A stretch of 63,179 nucleotides of DNA, the filler included, from Octopus bimaculoides (lineage: Eukaryota), in the NCBI RefSeq assembly GCF_001194135.2. It is 7 parts of 6 records of this genome, joined end to end, with 100 filler letters (N's around TTAATTAATTAA, not from the genome) between each part and the next. Parts side by side here need not be neighbours in the genome. Positions count along the whole stretch, not along the records: positions 51,738 to 55,390 come from NC_068988.1; positions 55,491 to 58,493 come from NC_069003.1; positions 58,594 to 63,179 come from NC_068989.1; 4 more parts are not named here. One strand, written 5' to 3'. Position numbers and translations under genes: made by a program. Below the pieces are notes generated by a model. The model saw only the letters and a list, made by a program, of their open reading frames with translations. It was not told where the DNA came from and ran no database searches. Below are positions 52,116-63,179 of the stretch, in pieces (position 1 is the first letter of the stretch; each line of letters begins with the position of its first letter).

Positions 52116-52415
52116 CGTGTAGGCCGGATCTGGCTATCGTCCGAGTCCATCGTGAAGATCGCTCCGCCTCCTTCCTTTGGCCGTGAAGGACAGACAGTTT
52201 TTCTCTGTCTGGTGGCTATGGCAAAAGACGTTGTATGGTGAACGCGATTGAAAGGGTTAAAGACGGGTACCTTCCTCTTCAACCAAGGCCTCATTGACTT
52301 TTTTAGGTTCCACCTGAAAAGGAAAGTGAGGCTGGAGGGGGAGGTGCTGTCACATAGTAAGTTTGTTGAAAGGTGGGTGAATGTGGCAAGAATGGTCCGT
52401 GTGAATGGGACTTGC
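52115..52415 (+). mobile_element. Probable L1/Tx1 ORF2 C-terminal fragment
   Basis: VFLCLVAMAKDVVW*TRLKGLK...LIDFFRFHLKRKVRLEGEVLSHSKFVERWVNVARM resembles Tx1-type ORF2 ends (recognised from memory). Confidence 0.5.
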
Positions 52416-52419
52416 AGAA

Positions 52420-52995
52420 TTTCTTCCAACTTTACGTTCTGAGTCCAAATGCTATCTGGGTCAACTTTGCTTTTCATCCTTTCAGGGTCGATGAATTAAA
52501 TATCAGTCAAGAACTGGAGTCAATATAACCAACTTGCTCTCTTCCCCAAGATGTCTTCTGCCTATAGAAACGTTAGCACGCCGGGCGAAATGCTTAACGG
52601 AACTTCGTCTGAGTTCAAATTCCGCCGAGGCCGACTTTGCCTTTCATCCTTTCGGAGTAGATAAATTAAGTACCAGTTGATCACTGGGGTCGATGTAATC
52701 GACTAGTCCCCTCCCACCAAATTTCAGGCGTTGTACCTATAGTAGAAAGGATTATTATTATTGTTATTGAAGCGGCGAGCTGGCAGAAACGTTAGCACGC
52801 CGGGTGAAATGCTTAGTGGTATTTCGCCTGCCGCTACGTTCTGAGTTCAAATTTCGCCGAGGTCGACTTCGCCTTTCATACTTTCGGGGTCGATAAATTA
52901 AGTACCAGTTGCGTACTGGGGTTGATCTAATCGACTGGCCCACTCCCCCAAAATTTTGTGCCTTGTGCCTAGAGTAGAAAAGATTATTGTTATTA

Positions 52996-53029
<34 letters not shown>

Positions 53030-53160
53030 CAAGATGGTGAGCTGTCAGAATCGTTAGCATGCCGGGCAATATTCTTAGCTGCATTTCGTCCGTCTTTATG
53101 CTCTGAGTTTAAATTCCGCCAGGGTTTATTTTGCCTTTCATCCATCCTGCGTCGATAACA
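52420..53160 (+). mobile_element. Head-to-tail array of about four family F SINE copies
   Basis: Repeated GTTAGCACGCCGGG...TTCTGAGTTCAAATT.CGCCGAGG.CGACTT.GCCTTTCAT units near 52430, 52570, 52790 and 53050, partly separated by (ATT)n. Confidence 0.85.
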
Positions 53161-53602
53161 TTTCATTACTATATAAGCTATTAAGGGTAAGCTATTAGAT
53201 CCGTTATTACTTACTTTTACTAAGAATTCTGAATCATTTAAAATCAAATTTTCACCAAAATGAACGCAACAACCAATATCAAAATACAATTATATAAAAA
53301 TGGTAATCGATTAGAAAATATGTTGCTATATTATCTTTCATTCAGCTGGCAGTACTCCTTTGCCTGGAGTAAATAAGCAGTAACCAGCAAAGAGTAAAGC
53401 AATGTACGATACTATACATTTAGTGAATAGTATCAACATTATTCTATCGGAGCGTAATCTATTGGCATTAAAGAAACGTGAAAGCTTCATGGTGTTAGGC
53501 AAATCTGCTAGTGAATTCTTTTTCTTTTGCGTTATATTATTGATTTTGTGGTAAATGATTTCCTCCGTAGTTGGCTTTACACGGACGCTATTAAATGCAT
53601 AA

Positions 53603-53661
<59 letters not shown>

Positions 53662-54239
53662 CACACACAGAGTCTAAATGGAGGCTTATTGCGGTCTGTA
53701 TTTTATTTATTGGTTAAGAAGAAAAGTCATCTATTGAAATCTAATTCAACCAACAGTTAGCAGTCATTAAAATAATATAGTAGAAATTTGGTATAAAAAC
53801 AAATCCATGTTGCAGTTAGAGTGAATAAATGGTTGTCAAATATTGGTTGATGTATGAGACATTCTGAACAAAGTTGAATAGATATGTGTCTCTCTTAGAT
53901 TAAATATTAATTTATAACTTCGACACAGGAGCACACGTTTGAACAGACGAAATATAACTGAGTTGAAGTCGTTATGTAACTGGTATTTATTTGATCAACT
54001 CCAGAAGGTTGAAAGGCAAAGTCAATATGATGAGAATTACACTGGCAATCAATAAACGAACATAATTTGATATGGCAAACATGTAGACAAATAACAAAAA
54101 ATAGAATTTTGTCTAAAAAAAAAACATTTTTGTCTGACTGCTATGTGGATACATATCCCTCTCAATGCGAATAAATTCAAAGAATTCTTCCTTACAGTTT
54201 CCTGGACATGTTTGAACAAGTCAGTTGTCAATAATAATA

Positions 54240-54475
54240 ATGATAATGGTTTCAAATGTTGGCACAAAGCCAGTAATTTCGTGGAGAGGGGGAGTCGATT
54301 ACAGTCACCTAATTGTCCACCTGATACTTATTTTATAGACCCCCGAAAGGATGAAAAGCAAAGTCAGCTTCGGTGGGGTATGAACTCAGAACGTAAAGAC
54401 GGACGAAATGCCGCTAAGCGGTGTTGCCCCGCGTGCTAACGATTCTGACAGTTCGCTGCCTTATCATTATCAACA
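54240..54475 (-). mobile_element. SINE family F
   Basis: Reverse-orientation copy flanked by (AAT)n and (CAA)n. Confidence 0.8.
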
Positions 54476-54483
54476 GCAGCAGC

Positions 54484-54520
<37 letters not shown>

Positions 54521-55490
54521 GTAACAACAACAGTAACAATAATAATGATGATGATGATGATGATGTTTTCTTTATTAACTACTAAGGGATCTCAAAAACC
54601 ATTGAGAACGGTACAGGACAATACAATGTGGGGTTACATAAAAGGCGTGTTAGAAGTAGGAAAAAAAAGTAACAAAATAATAAAATTATAACAATGAATA
54701 ATTTTCCCAAAGAAGGAAACTTCCTAGGGCTGCTCGTCGAAATACCACAAAACTACCGTCGCCCTAACCACATTGTCCTTCTTCAGCCTACAGGCGCGCG
54801 CTTAGAGTGGGGCCCGTTCACTCAGACCATTCTTGCAACATTTCATGCAGTTTTTATCTAATATTGTAACAAGCCTGACGTCGAGAATGGATACACGAAA
54901 TGATGACAAGTTTTGCACAAGTATTACTAAACACTAGGCGTGTCATAATGGTAACAAGGAAGGAAACAAAATAGGACAGAAAACAAAATGCTGAAAGCCA
55001 GCAGGCACAGGCGAGAATAGGTAAAACTTGTGTCACTTGTAAACGGTTTGTTTGAGATATTTTGTCAAAATATTTTTTGCTTGGGGGTTCTTGTTTTTAT
55101 AACTATCCAGAAAGATAGACATATCGTTGAAAACAATGGATTTAGTTGGTGGTACTTGTCATCTTAATTCTAGCTTTCGGTGGTCTAGGAGAGGTTAGAA
55201 GGGTCAAGTGGTGAAGCCATTATTTCGGCCTAGATAAGACATCTGGAAAATGTAAAACTGCTGTCACAGAAAAAAAACATTGTTCCGCCGTGGGAAAAGT
55301 TCTGTTGAACTGTTACTTGAAATTTGGCTATGGTGGATCAAATCCACTTCATGCCTACAAGATCCCCTATATATATACACACATATATATNNNNNNNNNN
55401 NNNNNNNNNNNNNNNNNNNNNNNNNNNNNNNNNNTTAATTAATTAANNNNNNNNNNNNNNNNNNNNNNNNNNNNNNNNNNNNNNNNNNNN

Positions 55491-55539
<49 letters not shown>

Positions 55540-56801
55540 CATTATTTTAAGGAAAATAAATCCCTAAAAACACTACGTGTTGAACCAGTATTTCCTTGAA
55601 TGCAACCATCCCTTCATGAGGTTAACGCTACCTCTAATTAAATCTGTGTGGGTGTGTTATCGTTCACATAACATTTGTATATACATTATGTGGACGATAA
55701 TATTTTGAAAACAAGTGTTTGATATTTAATTTCGTGTGTATATATATATATCACCAGCATCATGACCATTGCCTTGCCTTGTTGTTTTTGGATAGTATTT
55801 GTAATATAAATATACACCTTCAAGTTGTATGTATGGCTGTATGTATGTGTGCATAATCAGTGAGTTGTTGATAAGTTCGAAAAGAAAAAAAAAGCTCTTA
55901 AACAAGGAAATGGTGATGATGCTGCCTCGTAATCCAATGTAATAGAATAGAACACAAATTTGGTGTTCGAAACCAAATTAGTTTGTTACGAAGTTGGCAA
56001 GAGTTTAGCTGTTATTTCTATTTACTACTAGTCTTGAAATATTAAACTGTTGAATGGATCGAGACTAGACTGTCACAATGCGATAAAAAAAAATATGAGA
56101 TAGATAAATAGATATATAAATAAATAAATAAAAATACATAAATGAAACAGGAAGGATAGTACAAGAAAAAAATAATTATAAAATAAAGGAAAAGAGCATA
56201 TTTCTAGGATCAATACTTACTTTGCAGGACAACACAGATTCAGCGATTCGTTTGTGGGCTGTTAACAAAATCTAGTTCAGTCACAATGTTGGAAATTCTT
56301 AACAATTTGTTTATAAACTTTAGATTCGGCAGTTCGTGGCAAAAAAACATCAGAAACTAACGAATTAATTAATTTATAAATTGGGTAAATTCCAAGAGGT
56401 ACTTTGAAGTGGTGTGTTTGACGAGGAGAAGGCTGAACTGCCGTGTCGCGGGAACGGTTGTTGTGTAAATATTTAATATTGTACAATATATAAATCACAC
56501 ACTCTCTCTCTGTCTTTCTCTGTGAGGGGAGGACAGAGAGAGAGAGAGAGAGAGAAGAGAGAGCAAGGAGAAAGGGGGAGGTAAACTATAAAAAATAAAA
56601 CTACTTTTCATGTAAACACACATATTTCTAGATATACAATTGAGTAGAAAAAGAAAAAGGAAAAAGAGAGGGGGGTGATATGGAAGTTGGAGTTCCCAAA
56701 ATCTATGTTAAGATTCGTTGATATTTCTGTGAACATGCGTACGCACACATATAAAATAGATAAGCGTATCGACATTAATATATACATATATATACATATA
56801 T

Positions 56802-56857
<56 letters not shown>

Positions 56858-56913
56858 AAAATTCACAAAAAAAAAGATGAAGACAGGTGGTTTAGACAAT
56901 AAACAGATGTATG

Positions 56914-56947
<34 letters not shown>

Positions 56948-57591
56948 AGCAATGTTAATTCTCTAAATGAAGTATTAACAGTAACTGCACGATAAAGTGT
57001 AGTATATTGCCACTTAAGTGTGGCTGACCCCTAGGGGTGGATGTTACTGTTGCTTTTAGCCCCAGGAGGAGATATATATATATACCTCTACCCCACCCNN
57101 NNNNNNNNNNNNNNNNNNNNNNNNNNNNNNNNNNNNNNNNNNNNNNNNNNNNNNNNNNNNNNNNNNNNNNNNNNNNNNNNNNNNNNNNNNNNNNNNNNNN
57201 NNNNNNNNNNNNNNNNNNNNNNNNNNNNNNNNNNNNNNNNNNNNNNNNNNNNNNNNNNNNNNNNNNNNNNNNNNNNNNNNNNNNNNNNNNNNNNNNNNNN
57301 NNNNNNNNNNNNNNNNNNNNNNNNNNNNNNNNNNNNNNNNNNNNNNNNNNNNNNNNNNNNNNNNNNNNNNNNNNNNNNNNNNNNNNNNNNNNNNNNNNNN
57401 NNNNNNNNNNNNNNNNNNNNNNNNNNNNNNNNNNNNNNNNNNNNNNNNNNNNNNNNNNNNNNNNNNNNNNNNNNNNNNNNNNNNNNNNNNNNNNNNNNNN
57501 NNNNNNNNNNNNNNNNNNNNNNNNNNNNNNNNNNNNNNNNNNNNNNNNNNNNCAATTTTTTTTCTCCGTGTTTTTCTCCTTGTCTCCGTAT

Positions 57592-57628
57592 TCTTTCTGT
57601 TGAAGAGCGTAGCTCGAAACGTCAAAGA
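57592..57628 (+). ncRNA. Hammerhead-like motif, variant core CUGUUGA (family C, copy 2)
   Basis: TCTTT-CTGTTGA-A-GAGC-gta-GCTC-GAAA-C-GTC-AAAGA: 5-bp stem I, 4-bp stem II, palindromic ACGT stem III, GUC site. Confidence 0.55.
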
Positions 57629-57869
57629 CTTTCCGTATTCCCGAGCGTCATACTAATACATCCTTTTGTTATTTACACCACCTGTCCTCGTCTGTTGTTG
57701 TTTTTTCGTACAATCTCCCATATATATATACGTGTGTATACATACATGAACACATACACACACATATTTATGCATGCATATATACATACATGCACACTCA
57801 TATATGTATACATGTGCATGTATATGCATAAGTGTGTGTATGTATGCACATATGTAAGTATGTATGTGA

Positions 57870-57903
<34 letters not shown>

Positions 57904-58279
57904 AGAGAAGCGGACAATATAAAAAAGAACCTATGGAGATGACTAATAAAAAGTTCTGTAAACAAACTGTAGTTTTTAAGGATCGGCAGGTCATGATAAC
58001 ACTGGTTGGTGGTAGTGTATGTATACGAGTGGTTGTGGTGCACACACGCACACACACACACACATAATTGATCTGCTATAACGGAACCCTAACACGGCTC
58101 CCTATATCCAGCCTTAGCTGTGATCTTGGAAACTAGCATACCTCTTCGTTGAAACACAAATGAACTAAACCCCACATATTCTATATATATATATATATAT
58201 ACAAGTATACATGTATATATATGTGGGGTATGAGTTGATCTATTTATAGCGTTAAGGGGGCTCCAAGATGGGAGTAGAA

Positions 58280-58380
58280 AAACACTATCACGTGACCTTA
58301 CTAAGGGCTGTGATTGGTCAGTTTGCGTTCTGGAACGGTTCGAAGAAGTTGCCGATTCGAATAATGATCAGTCACGTGAT
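58280..58380. promoter_or_regulatory. E-box / CCAAT cluster related to 51405-51445
   Basis: TCACGTGACCTTA (58288), reverse CCAAT (58312), GTCACGTGA (58371). Confidence 0.25.
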
Positions 58381-58593
58381 GACAAGGTTAATGTTTTCCC
58401 CTACGTTCGCGTTTGTTTATATTTAAATGAGAAGAATGGCGATAGCAGTTTTGTATCTGATGGCGATAAGTATTAGAGACGATAGGTAGTTTCNNNNNNN
58501 NNNNNNNNNNNNNNNNNNNNNNNNNNNNNNNNNNNNNTTAATTAATTAANNNNNNNNNNNNNNNNNNNNNNNNNNNNNNNNNNNNNNNNNNNN

Positions 58594-59400
58594 GAAGGGA
58601 AATCATTGGTCCGGCGGATTTCCGTGACATAGCACCCCCAGATCATCACAGATCCTCCTCCATGTTTAACAGTTGGAAGAAGGCAGTCTGAGTCAAAAGC
58701 TTCTTTTGGCTGTCTCCACAAGTATACTCAGCTGGTGGTTGGAAATAAGGTAAAGGATGACTTATCTGAGAAAATAACATTCTTCCACTGCTCTTGGGAT
58801 CAATTCTGTAGGTTTTTACTCCACTCAAAACGCTTTGCAACGTTTGTTTTTGAAAGTAGTGGTTTTCTGATTGCAGCCCTCCCATGAAATCCGGCTTTGT
58901 GCAGCTCCTGGCAAAGAGGTTTTGTGGAAACTAGGTTCTCGAAGTGGTCATTAAGCCCTGCAGTCATTTTGGAAGCTATATTTTTGTGATCCTCTCTAAC
59001 AATTCACGTAAGAGTCCAACGGTCCCTATCTGAAAGATTTGATTTTCTTCCGGAGTTTTGTTTCGACGAGGAGGTTTTTCCCTCTTTCTCAAAGGCTATC
59101 ATTACTTTCGAAACAGTACTTCTGGATAAACCAAACATTTTGGCTGTTTTCTTTACGCTAGCGCCTTCCATACAAACACCAGCAATTTGGTTTCTTTGAA
59201 ACACCGATAGATCTGTCATTTTAATGAAATTTAATTACTCTTTTCTGATATCTGAAAAGAAACAGCAATTTTAGCAAAACATGTTAAGCAACACCCATCA
59301 TAAATAAAAAAAAAAAAGACATAAAAATAAACCAGCTTTTGACGGTTGTATAGATATTTCAAAATGATGATGGTATAATGCTAGGTGTTTCCATTATTTT
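58594..59400 (-). mobile_element. Tc1 transposase remnant, same family as 40856-41350
   Basis: MTDLSVFQRNQIAG...SGRKSNLSDRDR...FHGRAAIRKPLLS...IFSDKSSFTLFP...VKHGGGSVMIWG. Confidence 0.92.
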
Positions 59401-60258
59401 NNNNNNNNNNNNNNNNNNNNNNNNNNNNNNNNNNNNNNNNNNNNNNNNNNNNNNNNNNNNNNNNNNNNNNNNNNNNNNNNNNNNNNNNNNNNNNNNNNNN
59501 NNNNNNNNNNNNNNNNNNNNNNNNNNNNNNNNNNNNNNNNNNNNNNNNNNNNNNNNNNNNNNNNNNNNNNNNNNNNNNNNNNNNNNNNNNNNNNNNNNNN
59601 NNNNNNNNNNNNNNNNNNNNNNNNNNNNNNNNNNNNNNNNNNNNNNNNNNNNNNNNNNNNNNNNNNNNNNNNNNNNNNNNNNNNNNNNNNNNNNNNNNNN
59701 NNNNNNNNNNNNNNNNNNNNNNNNNNNNNNNNNNNNNNNNNNNNNNNNNNNNNNNNNNNNNNNNNNNNNNNNNNNNNNNNNNNNNNNNNNNNNNNNNNNN
59801 NNNNNNNNNNNNNNNNNNNNNNNNNNNNNNNNNNNNNNNNNNNNNNNNNNNNNNNNNNNNNNNNNNNNNNNNNNNNNNNNNNNNNNNNNNNNNNNNNNNN
59901 NNNNNNNNNNNNNNNNNNNNNNNNNNNNNNNNNNNNNNNNNNNNNNNNNNNNNNNNNNNNNNNNNNNNNNNNNNNNNNNNNNNNNNNNNNNNNNNNNNNN
60001 NNNNNNNNNNNNNNNNNNNNNNNNNNNNNNNNNNNNNNNNNNNNNNNNNNNNNNNNNNNNNNNNNNNNNNNNNNNNNNNNNNNNNNNNNNNNNNNNNNNN
60101 NNNNNNNNNNNNNNNNNNNNNNNNNNNNNNNNNNNNNNNNNNNNNNNNNNNNNNNNNNNNNNNNNNNNNNNNNNNNNNNNNNNNNNNNNNNNNNNNNNNN
60201 NNNNNNNNNNNNNNNNNNNNNNNNNNNNNNNNNNNNNNNNNNNNNNNNNNNNNNNNNN

Positions 60259-60755
60259 CCAAGGTTAGGAACCTTTCCAAGTTGTTGAAGATAACGATGA
60301 ACAGTTGTATTGTTTGAACTAAGCTTTATTGCCAATTCTTCAACTGATAATGCAGGATTTTCTTCAAGTAATGCCTCAAGGAGCTTATCATCAAACTCAA
60401 CTGGACGTCCTGTTTGATCTTCATCTTCAAGGCTGAAATCTCCACTTCTGAATTTTGCAAACCATCTTCTGCAAGTTCTTTCATTAAAGCATTCTTTCCC
60501 ATAAACTGAGTGTATGTTTCGAGTCGCTTCAGCTGCAGAGTTTCCTCTTTTGTACCCATAAAGCATTATGTGCCCCAAATGCTCTTTGGATACTTTCATG
60601 TTAGAAAGGGTTTTAATCAAAGAAATTTTAATTATATTATTCTGTAAAATAACATTTAATTCCATTAGACATTCTAAAATACTATTAAATTTCATTCAAT
60701 TTAAAAAAAGGTAAAATCGGACAGNNNNNNNNNNCAGAACTTATGGGATGACCTG

Positions 60756-60756
<1 letters not shown>
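60259..60756 (-). mobile_element. Mariner element 5' half with TIR
   Basis: TA|TCAGGTCATCCCATAAGTTCTG terminus; KEHLGHIMLYGYKRGNSAAEATRNIHSVYG...WFAKFRSGDFSLEDE. Confidence 0.92.
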
Positions 60757-60811
<55 letters not shown>

Positions 60812-60813
<2 letters not shown>

Positions 60814-61130
60814 CTTTTATCTTTTATCCTTTATGGGTTTCAGCCAGAGGCTGAGGCCATGCTGGTGCACCGCCTTTACTGCGTCCGGGGATTTTTCCTG
60901 CATTGCTTCTTGTGTAGTAGCGAGATGGACGTTGCTGCTCTTCTTTGTGCCTGCTTCCACGATGTGTGTTCATCCGGAATTGCAGATTAAAAGCTGTCTA
61001 GACCTTTTTTGAAGATTTCCATGTCTACACCTTACAGATCCCTGATGTTCTCTGGTAGGGCATTAAAAAGTTTTGGTCCCTTGAATCCCAGGCTATTACA
61101 ATATTTGGTTCCTCGGATCTTCCTGATTTG
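60812..61130 (-). mobile_element. CR1-group LINE 3' end with (TAAAAGA)n tail
   Basis: NSLGFKGPKLFNALPENIRDL...IFKKGLDSF...IPDE, then GGCGGTGCACCAGCATGGCC...CTGAAAC...ATAAAAGATAAAAG. Clade call is tentative. Confidence 0.65.
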
Positions 61131-61134
61131 GCGG

Positions 61135-61643
61135 TCACCATTTTTTATTTAGTTTTTATTTAGTGTGTTTTCTACCGAAACACTTTAAAACTTCGTATAC
61201 TTGTATATTTTGTCTTGTAGAACAGAGAAAAAAATTTATATTCGAAGTTATTTCATGTTAAAATTTTCGTATTTCGGTAATCGCAACCAATCACTGACGT
61301 CTATTGAGGTGAAAACAATTACTGCTGCGGTTTGTCAACAACACGTTGTGGCGGTGTAATGGGATCTTTTTCCTTGAATAAAATTACTGCCGTTGTTTGT
61401 CAACAACAACTATCGGCGGTACTGTCATTTATGACATCGTTCGTGCGTTTGTACTGGTTTTAGCTTTAGGGTTAGGGTTATGAGTATTTTTGCCAAATTT
61501 GGTGAAAAATTTGTGGTGGTGTATTGAACAGATTTTCACCAAATTTGGCAAAAATACTCATAACCCTGACCCTAACTCTAACCCTAAAACCCTAACCCTA
61601 AAATCCTAAAACTAAAACCAGTACAAACGCACGAACGACGTCA
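61135..61643. mobile_element. Unclassified element ending in a palindrome with TTAGGG-like arrays
   Basis: Arms 61432-61509 and 61532-61643; internal direct duplication ATTACTGC...TTTGTCAACAAC...GGCGGT at about 61318 and 61383. Confidence 0.75.
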
Positions 61644-61645
61644 AA

Positions 61646-62203
61646 AATTCCAGACACACAGGTCCTGAGGACAGATGATATCTTGAGTATTGAGGCAATG
61701 GTGCAGAAGCAGTGGTTACGTTGGACTGGACACCTTATTAGAATGAAGGATAGCAGGATTTCTAAGCAGATGCTATATGGAGAACTTGTAAATGGAAGGA
61801 GACTCCGGCAAAAACCAAAGCTGTGATTTAAGGACTGTGTCAAGTCCTCATTAAAGGCCTGTGATATGCAGGACACTGACTTGCAGAACAATGCCTGTCA
61901 TCGTCACAGATGGAGGAAGCAAGTTAAGGAGGGGATCGACACTGTTGAGAAAGCACGTATCCTACGTGAAGAACTTAAGCAAGTTGCGTGAAAGCGCACG
62001 GCTCGTATAGTGAATGGGGAAAGCTTGGTCTACAATGTTTGCAGTCGTGTATGCTTGTCAAGAGCAAGGCTCATTACCTACCAACGGCGCCGCAAATGCA
62101 AATTATAAGTTACTCCTAGAGCGCACAATGTTCCTGAAGGTCGGCAATGGTCTTCCTCGGTCACGAGTGGACAGCCATTATGTATGTATGTATGTATGTA
62201 TGT
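61646..62203 (+). mobile_element. RTE (BovB-like) LINE 3' end with (TATG)n tail
   Basis: IPDTQVLR...LRWTGHLIRMKDSRISKQMLYGELVNGRR...KPKL*FKDCVKSSLKAC...VCSRVCLSRARLITYQR. Confidence 0.88.
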
Positions 62204-62649
62204 AGGAGAGTATTGTAGTTAGCTTGAAGTATTGTGTATTGTTAGTAAAATATAACGTGTCTTGAATAGCACAATAATGCAGAGTGGACTATAATAACTG
62301 TTATAATTTAATTATCCACAGTCTGATATTATATTTTGGAATACGAAAGCTCCTTTTTCAGATATCGCTAGGAATTGATCGACTCACTGCTATAATCGGT
62401 TTTCCAACGGTTACTGATTTTTTTTGTTTTCCGGAAACGTCTCTGCAGTTGTCTCACGAAGCTCCTTCCGGACTTCCTCATGAGAAGTGCGTGAGGGCGG
62501 CCATATTTCAAGCTCGTGTGTGTTGGCACACCGAGCGCTGCTTCTAAGTTATGTATTGTACGTGCAGCTTTTTTTTCTTTTTTTTATATAATACATGAGC
62601 ATGTTATCAAAAATGAACCTACAGGCATCCAGATGTAGCTAAATAATAT

Positions 62650-63130
62650 ACTGATTGCCAACCTCCATCCTGTTATTAATTTGGGGTTCTAGTCTGTCTA
62701 TGAGGATAGCTTCCTTAATTCTTAGATTACCTAAATTTCTTTCATTGGCCTCAATTATGACTGTTATGCTTTTGTCGGTGTTCCGGCATCTGTCTAGATG
62801 TTTTCTGAAGGAGGAGGCTCTCGTGTTCAGATGTACTTTGATGTGAATGTGTTACGGTCTCCTTGTGCTATACACATAGAACTTGTTGCATTTGTTACAT
62901 TGTATGCTATACACAACATTTACCGGTTGGCATAAATCTGTGTCATGGATGGGGCAGTTAGCTAGTGTGCATTGATAGCTGTCTCTTGCTCGTTTCTTTG
63001 CTATGTGTCTTCTCAGAGAAGGGCCGGAGTGGACTAGTTGTATGTCTAATCCTTCTCTTCTTATGGCTCTTCGGATGGCTGTAGTTATCCTCTCGCTAAA
63101 ATGGGGAGTCTTAAAGAAGCATGTGTTGCT
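62650..63130 (-). mobile_element. Penelope-like GIY-YIG endonuclease remnant
   Basis: CTLANCPIHDTDLCQPVNVVYSIQCNKCNKFYV...FRKHL...LRIKEAILIDRLEPQINNR. Confidence 0.85.
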
Positions 63131-63179
63131 GGGTTTTCTGTGTATATGTATGTATGTATGTATGTATGAATATATATAT

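Noticed and set aside
62450-62490. Hairpin GTCTCACGAAGCTCCTTCCGGACTTCCTCATGAGA next to the PLE remnant
   Set aside because: Stable stem-loop, but the core words are not hammerhead consensus on either strand.

Overview
Animal genomic DNA, inferred to be an octopus (cephalopod) draft scaffold from the extreme (AT/AC/AG)n microsatellite load and the tRNA-derived SINE families; no search was run to confirm this. It has many N gaps, six of them holding an artificial TTAATTAATTAA linker, so adjacency across those gaps is not guaranteed. There is no intact protein-coding gene. Recognisable content is decayed transposable elements: Penelope-like elements (RT and GIY-YIG), RTE, L1/Tx1 and CR1-group LINE fragments, a Gypsy gag/pol remnant, mariner, Tc1 and maT transposase remnants, Helitron termini, many SINEs and several fold-back elements. 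Three splice-bounded segments at 3-9 kb may be host exons. The most notable signal is a set of seven minimal hammerhead-ribozyme-like motifs in short non-coding repeats. One has a canonical core and an 11-bp stem II (34.3 kb), one lies downstream of a tRNA-like Pol III head (7.2 kb), and two families carry non-standard cores (A6U; U3-A8). All structures were read by eye and none is shown to be active.
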